A program made the translations under genes and the position numbers. Below are positions 6,810-16,700 of a stretch of 38,249 bases of DNA, piece after piece. How positions within the stretch are numbered: the first letter of the stretch is position 1; every line of letters begins with the position of its first letter. Source of the DNA: a virus (Duplodnaviria > Caudoviricetes); IMG/VR virus record IMGVR_UViG_3300033153_004671, positions 1 through 38,249 of that record; one strand, given 5' to 3'. The notes under the pieces are model-generated. The model did not search any database, was not told the origin of the DNA, and saw only the letters and a list, made by a program, of their open reading frames with translations.

Positions 6810-7674
6810 CCCTAATCTCTTTAATATTTTTGTCCGTCATTTTATTTTTAATACACCATTTGTCAAAACTCTTTGGAAATTTGCGTAAAACATCAACACC
6901 CATTTTTAATAAAACTATCTCTGGTAATTTTGCAGATTGTGAAGAAGGTAATTTTTTTTGTAATTTAATATTTTCAAAATAAGATGGGCTCGGAGTCAAC
7001 CATTCTTTTTCCATGGTAATGTCAAGACAATCGCATATATCGTATCCAGCATCATAACATCCGACTAAATCACGCATAAGACCATCAATACCTTTTTGAG
7101 TTTTGTATTGTGACTTTTTAGGTAATTGCATTCTATAAGCAAAAAATTCTTTGATTTTTTCAAGGTGTGGTTTTAAAAAAAATAGGTCGTTTTGATTATT
7201 TATTACGTCATTCAGGTAATCCTCCAGAGTCCTCCGGAATGGCCTTAACTTATCTTTACTTATATCAACTTCACTTATCTTATATTCGGACGGAGGATTT
7301 TCGGAGTCCTCCAGATTATCTCCAGAGTCCTCCGGAAATGTGTCCGGTGGCTCGGGATTTCTGGTGCTGGATGGGTGGCTAATGGTTTGATGTTTAATGA
7401 AAAAAGGCATAAAGTAAAAAGATTCGTCTAAGTGTTTAAAAAACAAAATACGCTTTAAATCACGTAATTCCATCAGCCATTTTTTTATATATTCGTCTTT
7501 TGTGTTGTTGTAAGGAAAAATTTTATTTTTAAGCCAACTGATATTCCCCTTAATAACTCCATAATCATCTGAAAAATTCCACATACCGATATAAAATAAT
7601 CTGGCATCCCGAGAAATAGTTGAAAGTTTTTCATCATCCCAAAAATCAGGTTTAATCATTCTTGCTCTTGGCAT
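6790..7674 (-). CDS. Phage replication initiator (replisome-organizer/lambda O-like)
   Basis: N-terminus MPRARMIKPDFWDDEKL...ARLFYIGMWNFSDDYG is typical of phage initiators. A P/E/D/S linker carries DNA repeats. It lies directly downstream of the cro-like gene. Confidence 0.8.
   Translation of the reverse strand: MPRARMIKPDFWDDEKLSTISRDARLFYIGMWNFSDDYGVIKGNISWLKNKIFPYNNTKDEYIKKWLMELRDLKRILFFKHLDESFYFMPFFIKHQTISHPSSTRNPEPPDTFPEDSGDNLEDSENPPSEYKISEVDISKDKLRPFRRTLEDYLNDVINNQNDLFFLKPHLEKIKEFFAYRMQLPKKSQYKTQKGIDGLMRDLVGCYDAGYDICDCLDITMEKEWLTPSPSYFENIKLQKKLPSSQSAKLPEIVLLKMGVDVLRKFPKSFDKWCIKNKMTDKNIKEIRDVCDEN
7220..7337. repeat. Iteron-like direct repeats (putative origin of replication)
   Basis: CTCCAGAGTCCTCCGGAA at 7222-7239 and 7320-7337, plus a partial copy GGAGTCCTCCAGA at 7303-7315, with AT-rich flanks. 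Confidence 0.6.
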
Positions 7675-7693
7675 TTAGGATCTCCGATAAAAA

Positions 7694-7894
7694 TTATTTG
7701 AAAAAATCTTCGATATCCTGCCCCAGGGTTGTTTTTAAAATTGCCAATTGTGTGGGATCTGGTAACACCCTCCCACTGACAAACCCAGATACAGTGGTCC
7801 GGCTTAACCCGGCTTGATCAGAATATTTTCTCTGATTGCCGAATAAATCACAAATACGTTTTTTTAAACGCCATCTTGTTTTAATTTCGATCAT
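7694..7894 (-). CDS. Cro-like XRE helix-turn-helix regulator (66 aa)
   Basis: NQRKYSDQAGLSRTTVSGFVSGRVLP HTH; first gene of the operon; GGAGG RBS. Confidence 0.8.
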   Translation of the reverse strand: MIEIKTRWRLKKRICDLFGNQRKYSDQAGLSRTTVSGFVSGRVLPDPTQLAILKTTLGQDIEDFFK

Positions 7895-7924
7895 TTATAA
7901 AACCCTCCATTCAAATTTAATCTC

Positions 7925-7953
7925 AGTATAAATTAATAAAATACGCCTGTCAA
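7925..7953 (-). promoter_or_regulatory. Sigma-70 promoter for the leftward (cro/replication/sugar) operon
   Basis: TTGACA (7953-7948), 17-bp spacer, TATACT (7930-7925). Confidence 0.85.
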
Positions 7954-7983
7954 CACTTTTTTTTATTAATTTGAAATTAGTTC

Positions 7984-8012
7984 TTGACAAGCCCTTTTTT
8001 AAATGGTAAAAT
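7984..8012 (+). promoter_or_regulatory. Sigma-70 promoter for the rightward recombination operon
   Basis: TTGACA (7984-7989), 17-bp spacer ending TGG (extended -10), TAAAAT (8007-8012). Confidence 0.85.
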
Positions 8013-8069
8013 TTTAATCAGATAATCAAATAGTAAATTAAATCAATATTTTAAAGGGAGATTATAAAA

Positions 8070-8435
8070 ATGGCAAAACAAGTTCAACAACCAAAAATCG
8101 TTCAGGAGTATGTCAAGTATAAATTCAGCGAGGCTGAAAAGAAAGATATCTCCGCTGAAATGGCCGAGAAGATCGGGGAGGCAAGCGCCCTGGAAGATGA
8201 AAAAAAAGCTCTCACCAAAGATTTCGGCGGACGCATCGACATTATGAATAACGAAATAAGTATCTCTGCCCAGGAGCTAAGACAGGGCTACACAATGCGC
8301 AAAGTTGATTGCATGGTCGAGGAAGATTTTAAAAAGAAGCGTATCTATCACATGCGCTGCGATACTGGTGAAGTCGTCCGTACCAAGCCTATGCGATCCG
8401 ATGACCTTCAGATGACCATACCGGGAGTATTATGA
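8070..8435 (+). CDS. Hypothetical phage early protein (coiled coil followed by R.DTGEVV motif)
   Basis: GGGAG RBS; ATGA-coupled to the exonuclease gene. Confidence 0.75.
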   Translation: MAKQVQQPKIVQEYVKYKFSEAEKKDISAEMAEKIGEASALEDEKKALTKDFGGRIDIMNNEISISAQELRQGYTMRKVDCMVEEDFKKKRIYHMRCDTGEVVRTKPMRSDDLQMTIPGVL

Positions 8436-9265
8436 TCGAACCAGGAATTTACAACAATCTATCAATCGATGAATATCACGCCGAGCATGAGCATGCATCC
8501 ACTTCCACGTTTAAAGATTTTGGAGCGGGAGCGGGAACGCCTTTGAAATGCATGATTGCTCGGCAAATCAAAGGCAAACCGAAAAAGGTCTATGATTACG
8601 GAACCGCGCTACATTGCGCCATTTTAGAGCCTGACAAGTACAATGATTTTGTCGTGGTTCCACCGGTCAACGTTCTGAGCAAGTCAGGATCAAAGGCCGG
8701 GAATAAATACAAAGAGTGGGAAGCGGCCCAAGGCGATAAGCTGATTATTAAGCAGGACGTACAGGATGCCATTACCAGATCAGTCGAGAATGTTTTTGAT
8801 AATCCTGCGCACATAGAAGCCAAAGAACTTTTGACCGGTGGCTATTCAGAGGTTTCCGTATTTTGGGAAATGTCTGATTCCGGATTGCCGGTTAAGTGCC
8901 GTCCTGATCATTTGCCGGGTGGTGCGATTGTCACGGATTTAAAATCATGTCTTACTGCTGATCCGGTCGGGTTTGGAAAGCAGGCCTATAATTTAAAATA
9001 TCACTGGTCCGCTTTCCTCACCCTGAACGGCCTGAACACGATCACGGATTTCTATCATGCGGATTACCGTTTCGTTTGCATCGAAAAAGAGCCGCCTTTT
9101 GACCTGGCAGTTTATAAAATGCCTCATGATTTATTACAGCTTGCCTCAACCGAGCTATTACCTGTTATAATGCATTATCAAAATTGTCTGGAAAAAAATG
9201 AGTGGCCGGGATACCCTGGCGAAACTCAAATGCTTACTTTTCCTAAGTGGGCAACTAAATCGTAA
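8432..9265 (+). CDS. RecE/exonuclease VIII-like PD-(D/E)XK nuclease (DUF3799-like)
   Basis: Motifs PGIYNNLSIDEYHA, GTALHCAILEP, SEVSVFW, KCRPD, VTDLKS, FVCIEKEPPF and NEWPGY. Confidence 0.88.
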   Translation: MIEPGIYNNLSIDEYHAEHEHASTSTFKDFGAGAGTPLKCMIARQIKGKPKKVYDYGTALHCAILEPDKYNDFVVVPPVNVLSKSGSKAGNKYKEWEAAQGDKLIIKQDVQDAITRSVENVFDNPAHIEAKELLTGGYSEVSVFWEMSDSGLPVKCRPDHLPGGAIVTDLKSCLTADPVGFGKQAYNLKYHWSAFLTLNGLNTITDFYHADYRFVCIEKEPPFDLAVYKMPHDLLQLASTELLPVIMHYQNCLEKNEWPGYPGETQMLTFPKWATKS

Positions 9266-9293
9266 TTACTAATTTAAAAAGGAGAAAATCACT

Positions 9294-10913
9294 ATGAACA
9301 CACTATTAAACCAAACACAGAGCGCAGAACAGACAACACCACAGACGCAGGAAAAAAAACCCTTACTTGACGATGTAATCGCAAAGACAGTTCCATTCGT
9401 CGAGGGTAAGGGATTAATGCCGTCTGACCTTGACGGGATGTGGCGCGTCGCGCAGTCTATGGCAAATTCCAGTTTTTTACCAAAAGGGATCAAAACTATA
9501 CAAGACGTGTTCGTTTGCATCCAGTTCGGCATGGAGTTGGGCCTTTCTCCCATGCAATCTGTTCAAAACATAGCTCCCATCAATGGAAGGCCTACCCTAT
9601 GGGGTGACGCATTTTTGGCGGTTGTTATGAGTTCTCGTGATTTTGTTAACATTACCGAGGAAGTTACGGGCGAAGGTATGGAGCTGATTGCTACATGTAC
9701 GGTAGAAAGAAAAAAAAGAAAGCCGGTTACTCGGACGTTTTCAATGCGCGACGCTGAAAGAGCGCATCTTCATACACGAGACACATACAAAAATTATCCG
9801 CAGCGCATGTGTCCCATGCGGGCGCGATCCTGGGCTTGCCGCGACGCTTTCCCGGACGTGCTGAAAGGCATCCGGACCCCGGAAGATATCGACGTTGATT
9901 CGCTACAAGAACGGTTAGCACATCCCTACGTTGATCATAATATTCCGGACGAAAAAAACGCCGTTGATTCTCAGAATGTTGGCACTGAGATTTATAATGT
10001 CAAAAGCATCAAGCCTGAGCCCGAGAAAGATCCGGAAGAAAATACGGCTGACGAATTGGGCGACGCCATTGATAAAGACACACAAAAAGAAAACCCATAT
10101 CTTAGTGATGAAGATGTTTTGAATGATTTATCAAATGCAGGTAAAAAACTTGACGCCCAGGATGTCCCGACCGGAAACCGCAAGGTATACGACCCTGAAA
10201 CCAATACAGTCATCAACAACGGCGAACTCTCAAACGATGAACTCCAGGAAGTAGAAGCGCTTAAAAATGAAGGTCTACCCGAGGAGGAGCGCTCAGAAAA
10301 ACCAGAAACAGAACCGCCGCAGGATATCAACAAATTAAAAACTGATCTGGCGCAAGCAGAGTTGCATTTTGATCAGGTCTGCCAGGACAATAGTTTTGAA
10401 AATGAAGATGAATGGATGGCGTTTCAAAAATTCATCGGTACGCTATCGAAGGGTAACGAAATCAAACGCCTGGAAATTTTAAGAGACGCTTGTGCTAATT
10501 TTCAGCAATTCTATAAAGGATACACTGCTGATAAAAGAGCTAAGGAAGGTAACGGCAGAGCTTTGGCGCAGCAGGATGCAGAGGATTTTAATAGTGCCGC
10601 TACCGATATGCAAAATGATGATACACCGGCCCGAAAGACAAACAAGCCTGTCTTGATGTCGGATGGTAAAGACCCCTGCGATGTCAAAACCTGGAACCAC
10701 CTCCGGGACAAAGAGAATTTTATGGGCTTCGTAATACACTACGCCGAGGAATTTTTAAAACGAGCTGATTACGAGTGTATCACGAAGCTGGTAGGAAAGT
10801 GGAACCGCTTCTTTAATCCTCCGGGAATTGAGCCGGAAGAAAGAAACGAATGCCCGATTTCTATCAAAAAGGCTATGGCGTACCGTAATGCGTTAGGAAA
10901 AAGCCCGGTTTAA
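9294..10913 (+). CDS. recT: RecT-like single-strand annealing protein with long acidic C-terminal extension
   Basis: Motifs GMELGLSPMQSVQNIAPINGRPTLWGD, YKNYPQRM..MRARSWACRDAFPDVLKGI; adjacent to the RecE-like gene. Confidence 0.8.
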   Translation: MNTLLNQTQSAEQTTPQTQEKKPLLDDVIAKTVPFVEGKGLMPSDLDGMWRVAQSMANSSFLPKGIKTIQDVFVCIQFGMELGLSPMQSVQNIAPINGRPTLWGDAFLAVVMSSRDFVNITEEVTGEGMELIATCTVERKKRKPVTRTFSMRDAERAHLHTRDTYKNYPQRMCPMRARSWACRDAFPDVLKGIRTPEDIDVDSLQERLAHPYVDHNIPDEKNAVDSQNVGTEIYNVKSIKPEPEKDPEENTADELGDAIDKDTQKENPYLSDEDVLNDLSNAGKKLDAQDVPTGNRKVYDPETNTVINNGELSNDELQEVEALKNEGLPEEERSEKPETEPPQDINKLKTDLAQAELHFDQVCQDNSFENEDEWMAFQKFIGTLSKGNEIKRLEILRDACANFQQFYKGYTADKRAKEGNGRALAQQDAEDFNSAATDMQNDDTPARKTNKPVLMSDGKDPCDVKTWNHLRDKENFMGFVIHYAEEFLKRADYECITKLVGKWNRFFNPPGIEPEERNECPISIKKAMAYRNALGKSPV

Positions 10914-10916
10914 AAC

Positions 10917-11174
10917 CTATTTAGCAACATATCTCCATGCGGTCCCGAGCGCTCCGATTATACTTAAAAGTATGGTTCGGAGCGCCCAACTATGAATTTT
11001 TAATTTTGTTTTATTCTCTGCTACTATCGGAATTATTTTTTCGATTTTATCGGATCTCTTAACCATTCTATCAAGCCGCGCATGAATACCTGTTACGGAA
11101 TTTTTTTGATTTTCTTTTAAATCTATGACGGCCTGTTCCATTCTTCCTATGAGATATTCATCAACCATTGTCAA
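10917..11174 (-). CDS. Coiled-coil protein with C-terminal transmembrane helix (XhlA/holin-like candidate)
   Basis: IHARLDRMVKR coiled coil and WALRTILLSIIGALGTAW; last gene of the late operon. Confidence 0.6.
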   Translation of the reverse strand: MTMVDEYLIGRMEQAVIDLKENQKNSVTGIHARLDRMVKRSDKIEKIIPIVAENKTKLKIHSWALRTILLSIIGALGTAWRYVAK

Positions 11175-11181
11175 ATCCTAA

Positions 11182-13719
11182 TCAATGAGCTTGAAGTTCT
11201 GAAACTTGTCTCCAATTACTATCAATAAATACAAGTTGTACAACATCATTTGCGGTTACAGATAATGGCATTGACGGCAAGGCTATGTTTCCGGCGGCTA
11301 TCAAATCAAGCGACCCACCAAAAGATAATATCAGTGTCTCGCCTCTTTTTCTGTTTGTACCGTCAATTGTCTGAATATTTGTGGTTCCGGTAATTTTAAC
11401 AACTCCACTGTTTGAATTAACAATAATGCTTGTCGCACTTGCAACAGACGGAATGTTTTGAGTTGAGTTATTATAAATAATATTGTTTTTAAAGTATGAG
11501 CTATTTGCATTCGCCGAGGACATAGCTGATAGATCATATTCAAGGGTGCCTGTATTAGTAACGTAATGCGCATTATTATTTATAATTTTCAGATCGCTTG
11601 CCCCGGTTGAAATATCTACAAGCACATCATGAAAATCATCCCCATCAGTAGAATAAAAAGTATTTCCATCAATCACGACATCTTCTTTCCCAGCAATTTC
11701 AATAACTGGGTTTCCACCTCCAGTGACTACATCTTCAAAATAATTTCCCCGGATTGCTCCACCGATTCCCATTTGTCCAAAAAAACCGGCTCTTGTTGTT
11801 CCTGTTGTGCCTGTACCTATAAATACATTCCCTTCTAAAAGTGCACCGGTACAATCATTTCCTTTAGACGCAAACCCTATCCCATAGCCGCCAGAATTGC
11901 TAATAATGAGATTGTTAGCAATTATACAATCAGGTGGAATTGTAAAACAGGTGTTGACATATCCATCAACGCGGCAACCAGTTACAACGGACTCCTCACC
12001 CAAAAAAAACGATGATCCATTAGGGTTATTCTGGCTAACAACTGAAACATTTGTTGCAATTGCCCCCGGCCCAGACACAGCACCATGGCAGTCTTTTACG
12101 GTCAGGTTTACTATAGTGGTGGGTTGAAAACTTGAAGAGGCACAGCTAACTCCAAAACCGCCGAGAAATTGCACGTAACAATCGGAAACTTTTGTATTTC
12201 TTTGGTTTGGGCCACTATACACAAAATGATCAACCCTTAGTCCTCCGATATCTGTACCGGTGCATCCTGTAATAAGCGTATTTGTACCGTTCACAAATAT
12301 AGCTGCCGACCCTTGGAGCGATTCTGTTTGAACCTCTGTAAATACTGCTGTGCCATCCGTTGTCGGCCCGGATGCTTCATATAAAGAATATTCATACCTA
12401 TTAGAGGATGTGGTACCCCCTGTTGTGCATATGTATGATCTAAACGTACCATCAACTTTATCGGGGTACACTATTACATCATCAACATTGTAAACTGTAC
12501 TCGGCCTCCGCTCCATCTCAGGTTCAATCATTGCAACTTCATTAAAGATGCAATCGATTACTTTTGTGTTTATATCTCCAACATTATCGATTTTAACGCC
12601 ATAGGATAAATATTCAAATTCACATTCTTTTACAGTAATATTACTTGTGTCGTGGGGAAGCCCAATCCCAATTACATGTGAATTTTTTGTAACCACATCC
12701 GAAATGAATTTAATACCTTTGATGGTTAAATTTGTCGCCGAATCATTTGAACTCGTTACATGAATAATAGTTCTCGAAGTTGGACTAGGTGGCGGGTCGG
12801 CCTCAGACTCAAAAATAGGCAACCCTATACCTTCTAAATCCACCCGATCTTTCATGATTAAAGCAGGATCACCATCAAGGAAATAATTTGACGTATGTTT
12901 TCTTACAAGAAGAGCGGACCCTGCCCCGCATGAAGTTATTGCAGCCTGTATGTCATCATCTGTATCCGTGGACCCGTCAACAGTTATTGGATACCAGTTT
13001 AATTCTATTTCTTTTTGGGATTTTATTCCTGTTCCGAAAATCGTAGTCCCCGTTCCAGTGAATATTTTAACCGGGTTGGCTTCTAATTGCCCGTTTATCG
13101 TTATGCTTTTTCCGGAATCTCTTGATATTACCGCACCATCCTCCATAATTATGTAAAAATTATCGGTTACTACTTCCGAAGTGCTTAAAGTGTACGTTGT
13201 TTCGTCATCTTGGTCGCTATTTCTAAAAATAATATATGCAAAGTTAGAACCACCAACAGAGTCAATAATATCTTTCAAAGAACTACCGTTACCAGTTGCC
13301 CCTATATCTACCTCTGAGGCATCAACATAATATGGATTACCGTAAAATGTACCTGGTCCCCCAATGCCCTGGATATTATCTATCGTCCATTGTGTGACAC
13401 CTGAAGAGTTTTTTAATATCAGTTTATAAGACCCTATCAAATAAACTGGCAATATCGCTGACCCGTTTGATGAAAACCCTTGAGAATCTAAAACAATCGG
13501 GTTTGCATGTGGCGTTGCCCCTCCAATGTCGGTATATGTTGCCTTTGCTGTTGATGTTCCAGGTTCATAAGAATACAACAGACCACCGGAAAGCGGCGCT
13601 CCGTCCAAATCGAAACCTTGAAAAATCGGCATCTCAAGGCGATTCGTCGCATGAGATATATTAAACGTTAAAAATAAAATAAATACAGCCATCAAAAACG
13701 ATTTGAAAAAGTTCCTCAT
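11182..13719 (-). CDS. Tailspike / receptor-binding protein with right-handed beta-helix and an N-terminal signal peptide
   Basis: FQGFDLDGAPLSGGLLYSYEPGTST..TYTD..NPIVLDSQG (P22-type head-binding-like domain), DGSTDTDDDIQAAI beta-helix cap, many short beta-helix rungs and a C-terminal ITGTTNI domain. Confidence 0.85.
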   Translation of the reverse strand: MRNFFKSFLMAVFILFLTFNISHATNRLEMPIFQGFDLDGAPLSGGLLYSYEPGTSTAKATYTDIGGATPHANPIVLDSQGFSSNGSAILPVYLIGSYKLILKNSSGVTQWTIDNIQGIGGPGTFYGNPYYVDASEVDIGATGNGSSLKDIIDSVGGSNFAYIIFRNSDQDDETTYTLSTSEVVTDNFYIIMEDGAVISRDSGKSITINGQLEANPVKIFTGTGTTIFGTGIKSQKEIELNWYPITVDGSTDTDDDIQAAITSCGAGSALLVRKHTSNYFLDGDPALIMKDRVDLEGIGLPIFESEADPPPSPTSRTIIHVTSSNDSATNLTIKGIKFISDVVTKNSHVIGIGLPHDTSNITVKECEFEYLSYGVKIDNVGDINTKVIDCIFNEVAMIEPEMERRPSTVYNVDDVIVYPDKVDGTFRSYICTTGGTTSSNRYEYSLYEASGPTTDGTAVFTEVQTESLQGSAAIFVNGTNTLITGCTGTDIGGLRVDHFVYSGPNQRNTKVSDCYVQFLGGFGVSCASSSFQPTTIVNLTVKDCHGAVSGPGAIATNVSVVSQNNPNGSSFFLGEESVVTGCRVDGYVNTCFTIPPDCIIANNLIISNSGGYGIGFASKGNDCTGALLEGNVFIGTGTTGTTRAGFFGQMGIGGAIRGNYFEDVVTGGGNPVIEIAGKEDVVIDGNTFYSTDGDDFHDVLVDISTGASDLKIINNNAHYVTNTGTLEYDLSAMSSANANSSYFKNNIIYNNSTQNIPSVASATSIIVNSNSGVVKITGTTNIQTIDGTNRKRGETLILSFGGSLDLIAAGNIALPSMPLSVTANDVVQLVFIDSNWRQVSELQAH

Positions 13720-16700
13720 TTGACACCTCTTGCGGTTTTTGAAATTTTTGTAAATTGGACAACATCTTTGCCGAGTCCCTGCAATTGCTTTATTTTCCGA
13801 GATATTTTTTTATCATAAAATTCATACTGTGGCTCTGACTCTTTAAACGTGTTGCGCTGTTTTGTGAATTTTTTAATATCCCATTTAATTTCGTTCGCAA
13901 GCTTGCTTTGATTCGGATTATTTTTTGAAATATATCTGACTGTCTGATCCACATAATCAACCGGATACATTTTAATTCCGCCCAAAATATCAGCCAGCAC
14001 AACCGATCCTAAACGATTACGGCCTTTATAATCAGGCAATTTTTTACTCGCAGCGTAGGCTTTCTCAATATCAATACCGATTGTTGGAACGATTGTATGA
14101 TAAAAATGTTTCAGGCGTGTTTTAAATATGATCCTGTTTTTTTCTGATTCGGAAAGACCGGCAATATCTTTTTCCTTAATGATTGGTTCTTTCCAAAATA
14201 GATCGTAATCAAAAGCTTGCTGCACACCCTCTTTTAATACCGGCATGGAAAAAGGCATAAGCCCACCCGGAATAGGCCCAACCCCCCCACCCTCGCCGAT
14301 ATCTCCCCATGGTGTCATGTATGTAAGGTTTAAAAAATACTCTCTCTCAAAGTCATCTATGATGGGAACACGGGCAAAATTAGGCATGCCTAAAAACTGG
14401 CCTTGCATCCATTCCGGCCGGAGTTTTTGTTTTGCTTTGAATTGTTCCGGCGTATCGCCTATTAATTCCATGGATGCTTGCTGCAACTTATGAATCATGA
14501 ACATAGGCAATGCAAACCGCCATGGTGTTTTTAAACCCGTCTCGATCACTCTCGGAATAGCCTTAAATGTGAACGTTGCAAACGGAGCGCCGTACCATTT
14601 TGACCTATATGACTCTTGAAATTTTGATAATTTAGAATAATTAAAAAGCCATTTTTCAGCATCCGCCGCCGCGCCCTTAACACTCATGCCCCGGCGCTCC
14701 ATATTATGAATTGCCTTTGCAACTTTAAACCATTGTTCCTCAAGTTCATATAATCTGGCTGCGCTTCGGCCCCCGGCCCTGGCTTTTTCAATTGTTTTGC
14801 CGACAATACCCGTGGCCTCCATCCATCCACCGGCTTTTAAACCTTTTAGTTGGGAGTCAACTCCGCTCAACAATGTATTAAGTTCACCCTGTGTAAACGT
14901 AGACTGCAATAAGCCTTCACGTTTTAAAGCAAGATAGGTCTTACCCTGTTTTTTTAATTCTACTGCCGCCCTTGCAAGGTATAAAGGTTGCTCATACAAA
15001 GGCATCCCGCCCATATGCGCAAGCAATCCGTTTGAGAAAACATTTCGCATATGTGTTTTAGGGGAGAGAATCACCTTGCCAAACTTCCAATACCCGAGTG
15101 ATTTACGCCATACTTTTTCGCCTGCAGTCGGCTTTCTGATTATTTCCATTAAATCATTATAGATTTCAGGATGTACATACGCCTCAGACAATTCGCTGAG
15201 TTTTTTATTTTTTGGCAATTGCTTAAAATCCGCTGGTATGTCTTTTTGAAAGTCCATTTTTGGTTTAAGCTGCTCAATTTTCTTGCCGGTCAAAGAATCA
15301 AAATATGATGTCTTAATATATTTTTGTTTCCCGGCTGCCGTTAAAACCGGAGTTTTTGCAATTGCCCATTCAGGATTTGACGCAATGCCTTTAAATTGTT
15401 TTGCAAGCGCAATATCATGCGTCATTTGCATGATACCTTTAGCTACCGGATACCCGGGCGTTAAGATTTCACCCATCTCTTTCCTGATTTCTTTCGGAAT
15501 ATCCTTGCGTTTTTGAAATCTTGATAAGTCCATTCTGTCCGGTTTGCCGACTTTCCAGCGGTCAAGTAGGGATGTAAATTCATGCTTTGTGTAAAGTCTC
15601 GGCATATAACGCCCGGCATTCTCAAAAAATACTTTTTCAGACAACAAACCCACATCGACAGCTTGTCGGCCGAGATCATAAAGAGTGTCAATTGCTTCCT
15701 GTGCAAGTGCAGTTTCAGCCTTTGACATCTTTGGATTGCCGCCCTTGATTTTTTCAGCGATTAAAAGCTGACGAGACTCAGGAATAACGGATAAACGGTT
15801 TCCCAGGTCAAGGGCGTAGTCCCGGCCAATCGCCTGCACTCGGCTACGTTCATCCATACTTTTAATAAACTCACCAGACTTAGGTAAATCGCCCCGATAT
15901 TCACGATCAATCGCTCGGAGTATTGGTTTGCCTGCTTTTTTAAGGATTGGTGTCTTTTCAAGAATCTGTGTTCCTTTCTTTTTCAACATGTAATCCCAAA
16001 GGAAATGCCCGACGGATTTTTGATATAATTCACCAGCTTTTAAAAATGGCTTTTCGGCTATCTCTGCTATTTGTTTTATTGGGAGGCCGCCGTAAAGAGT
16101 TGTGCCTTTTTTTGAATCAGCCATTTCTTTTTGTTTCTTTGGCTCAGGGGCTTTTTTTTGAGTAGATTCACTAATCAATTCAATTTCTTTTGGATCTATT
16201 ACATATTCATACTCAGTTTTTCCTATTCTCTTTTCAGCAAATTTTTTAGGAACATCTATCCATTTTATTATTGCATCTTTGCCATACGCATCTCGAAAAT
16301 AATCTGCATATGCTATATCTGAAGTGTAAAAATCCCCTTTTTTACCCTTTAGATAGAATTCTTTTAATCCCTCTTTTTTAAATATATCTTGAAACTTTAC
16401 AGTCGGACTTGATGCTCTAAATAATCTTATATTACCTTCTTGGGGAGAAGGTAATATATTTGCAGCTTCAATAGCATTACTTTTTCTGCCTAAAACTTTT
16501 ATGTCAAGTTTTTTCAAACTAGGTTTTGCAATACCTTCAACCGGAGGTTTGAGCTCTTTGACAAGTAAATCAACAGGCAGTTTTTCGATAATAGGATCAG
16601 TAATCTCTTTTGGTGCCTCCAAATCTTTTTTAATTTCCTCAATAATGTTTGTCTTTTGCGTTTCAGCTTCTTGCTTAACAAATTCCTTTTGAAATTCTTC

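Noticed and set aside
10905-10925. Intrinsic terminators at the convergent gene junctions (also 34574-34577)
   Set aside because: The stops are 3 nt apart or overlap by 4 nt, and I see no hairpin plus U-tract.
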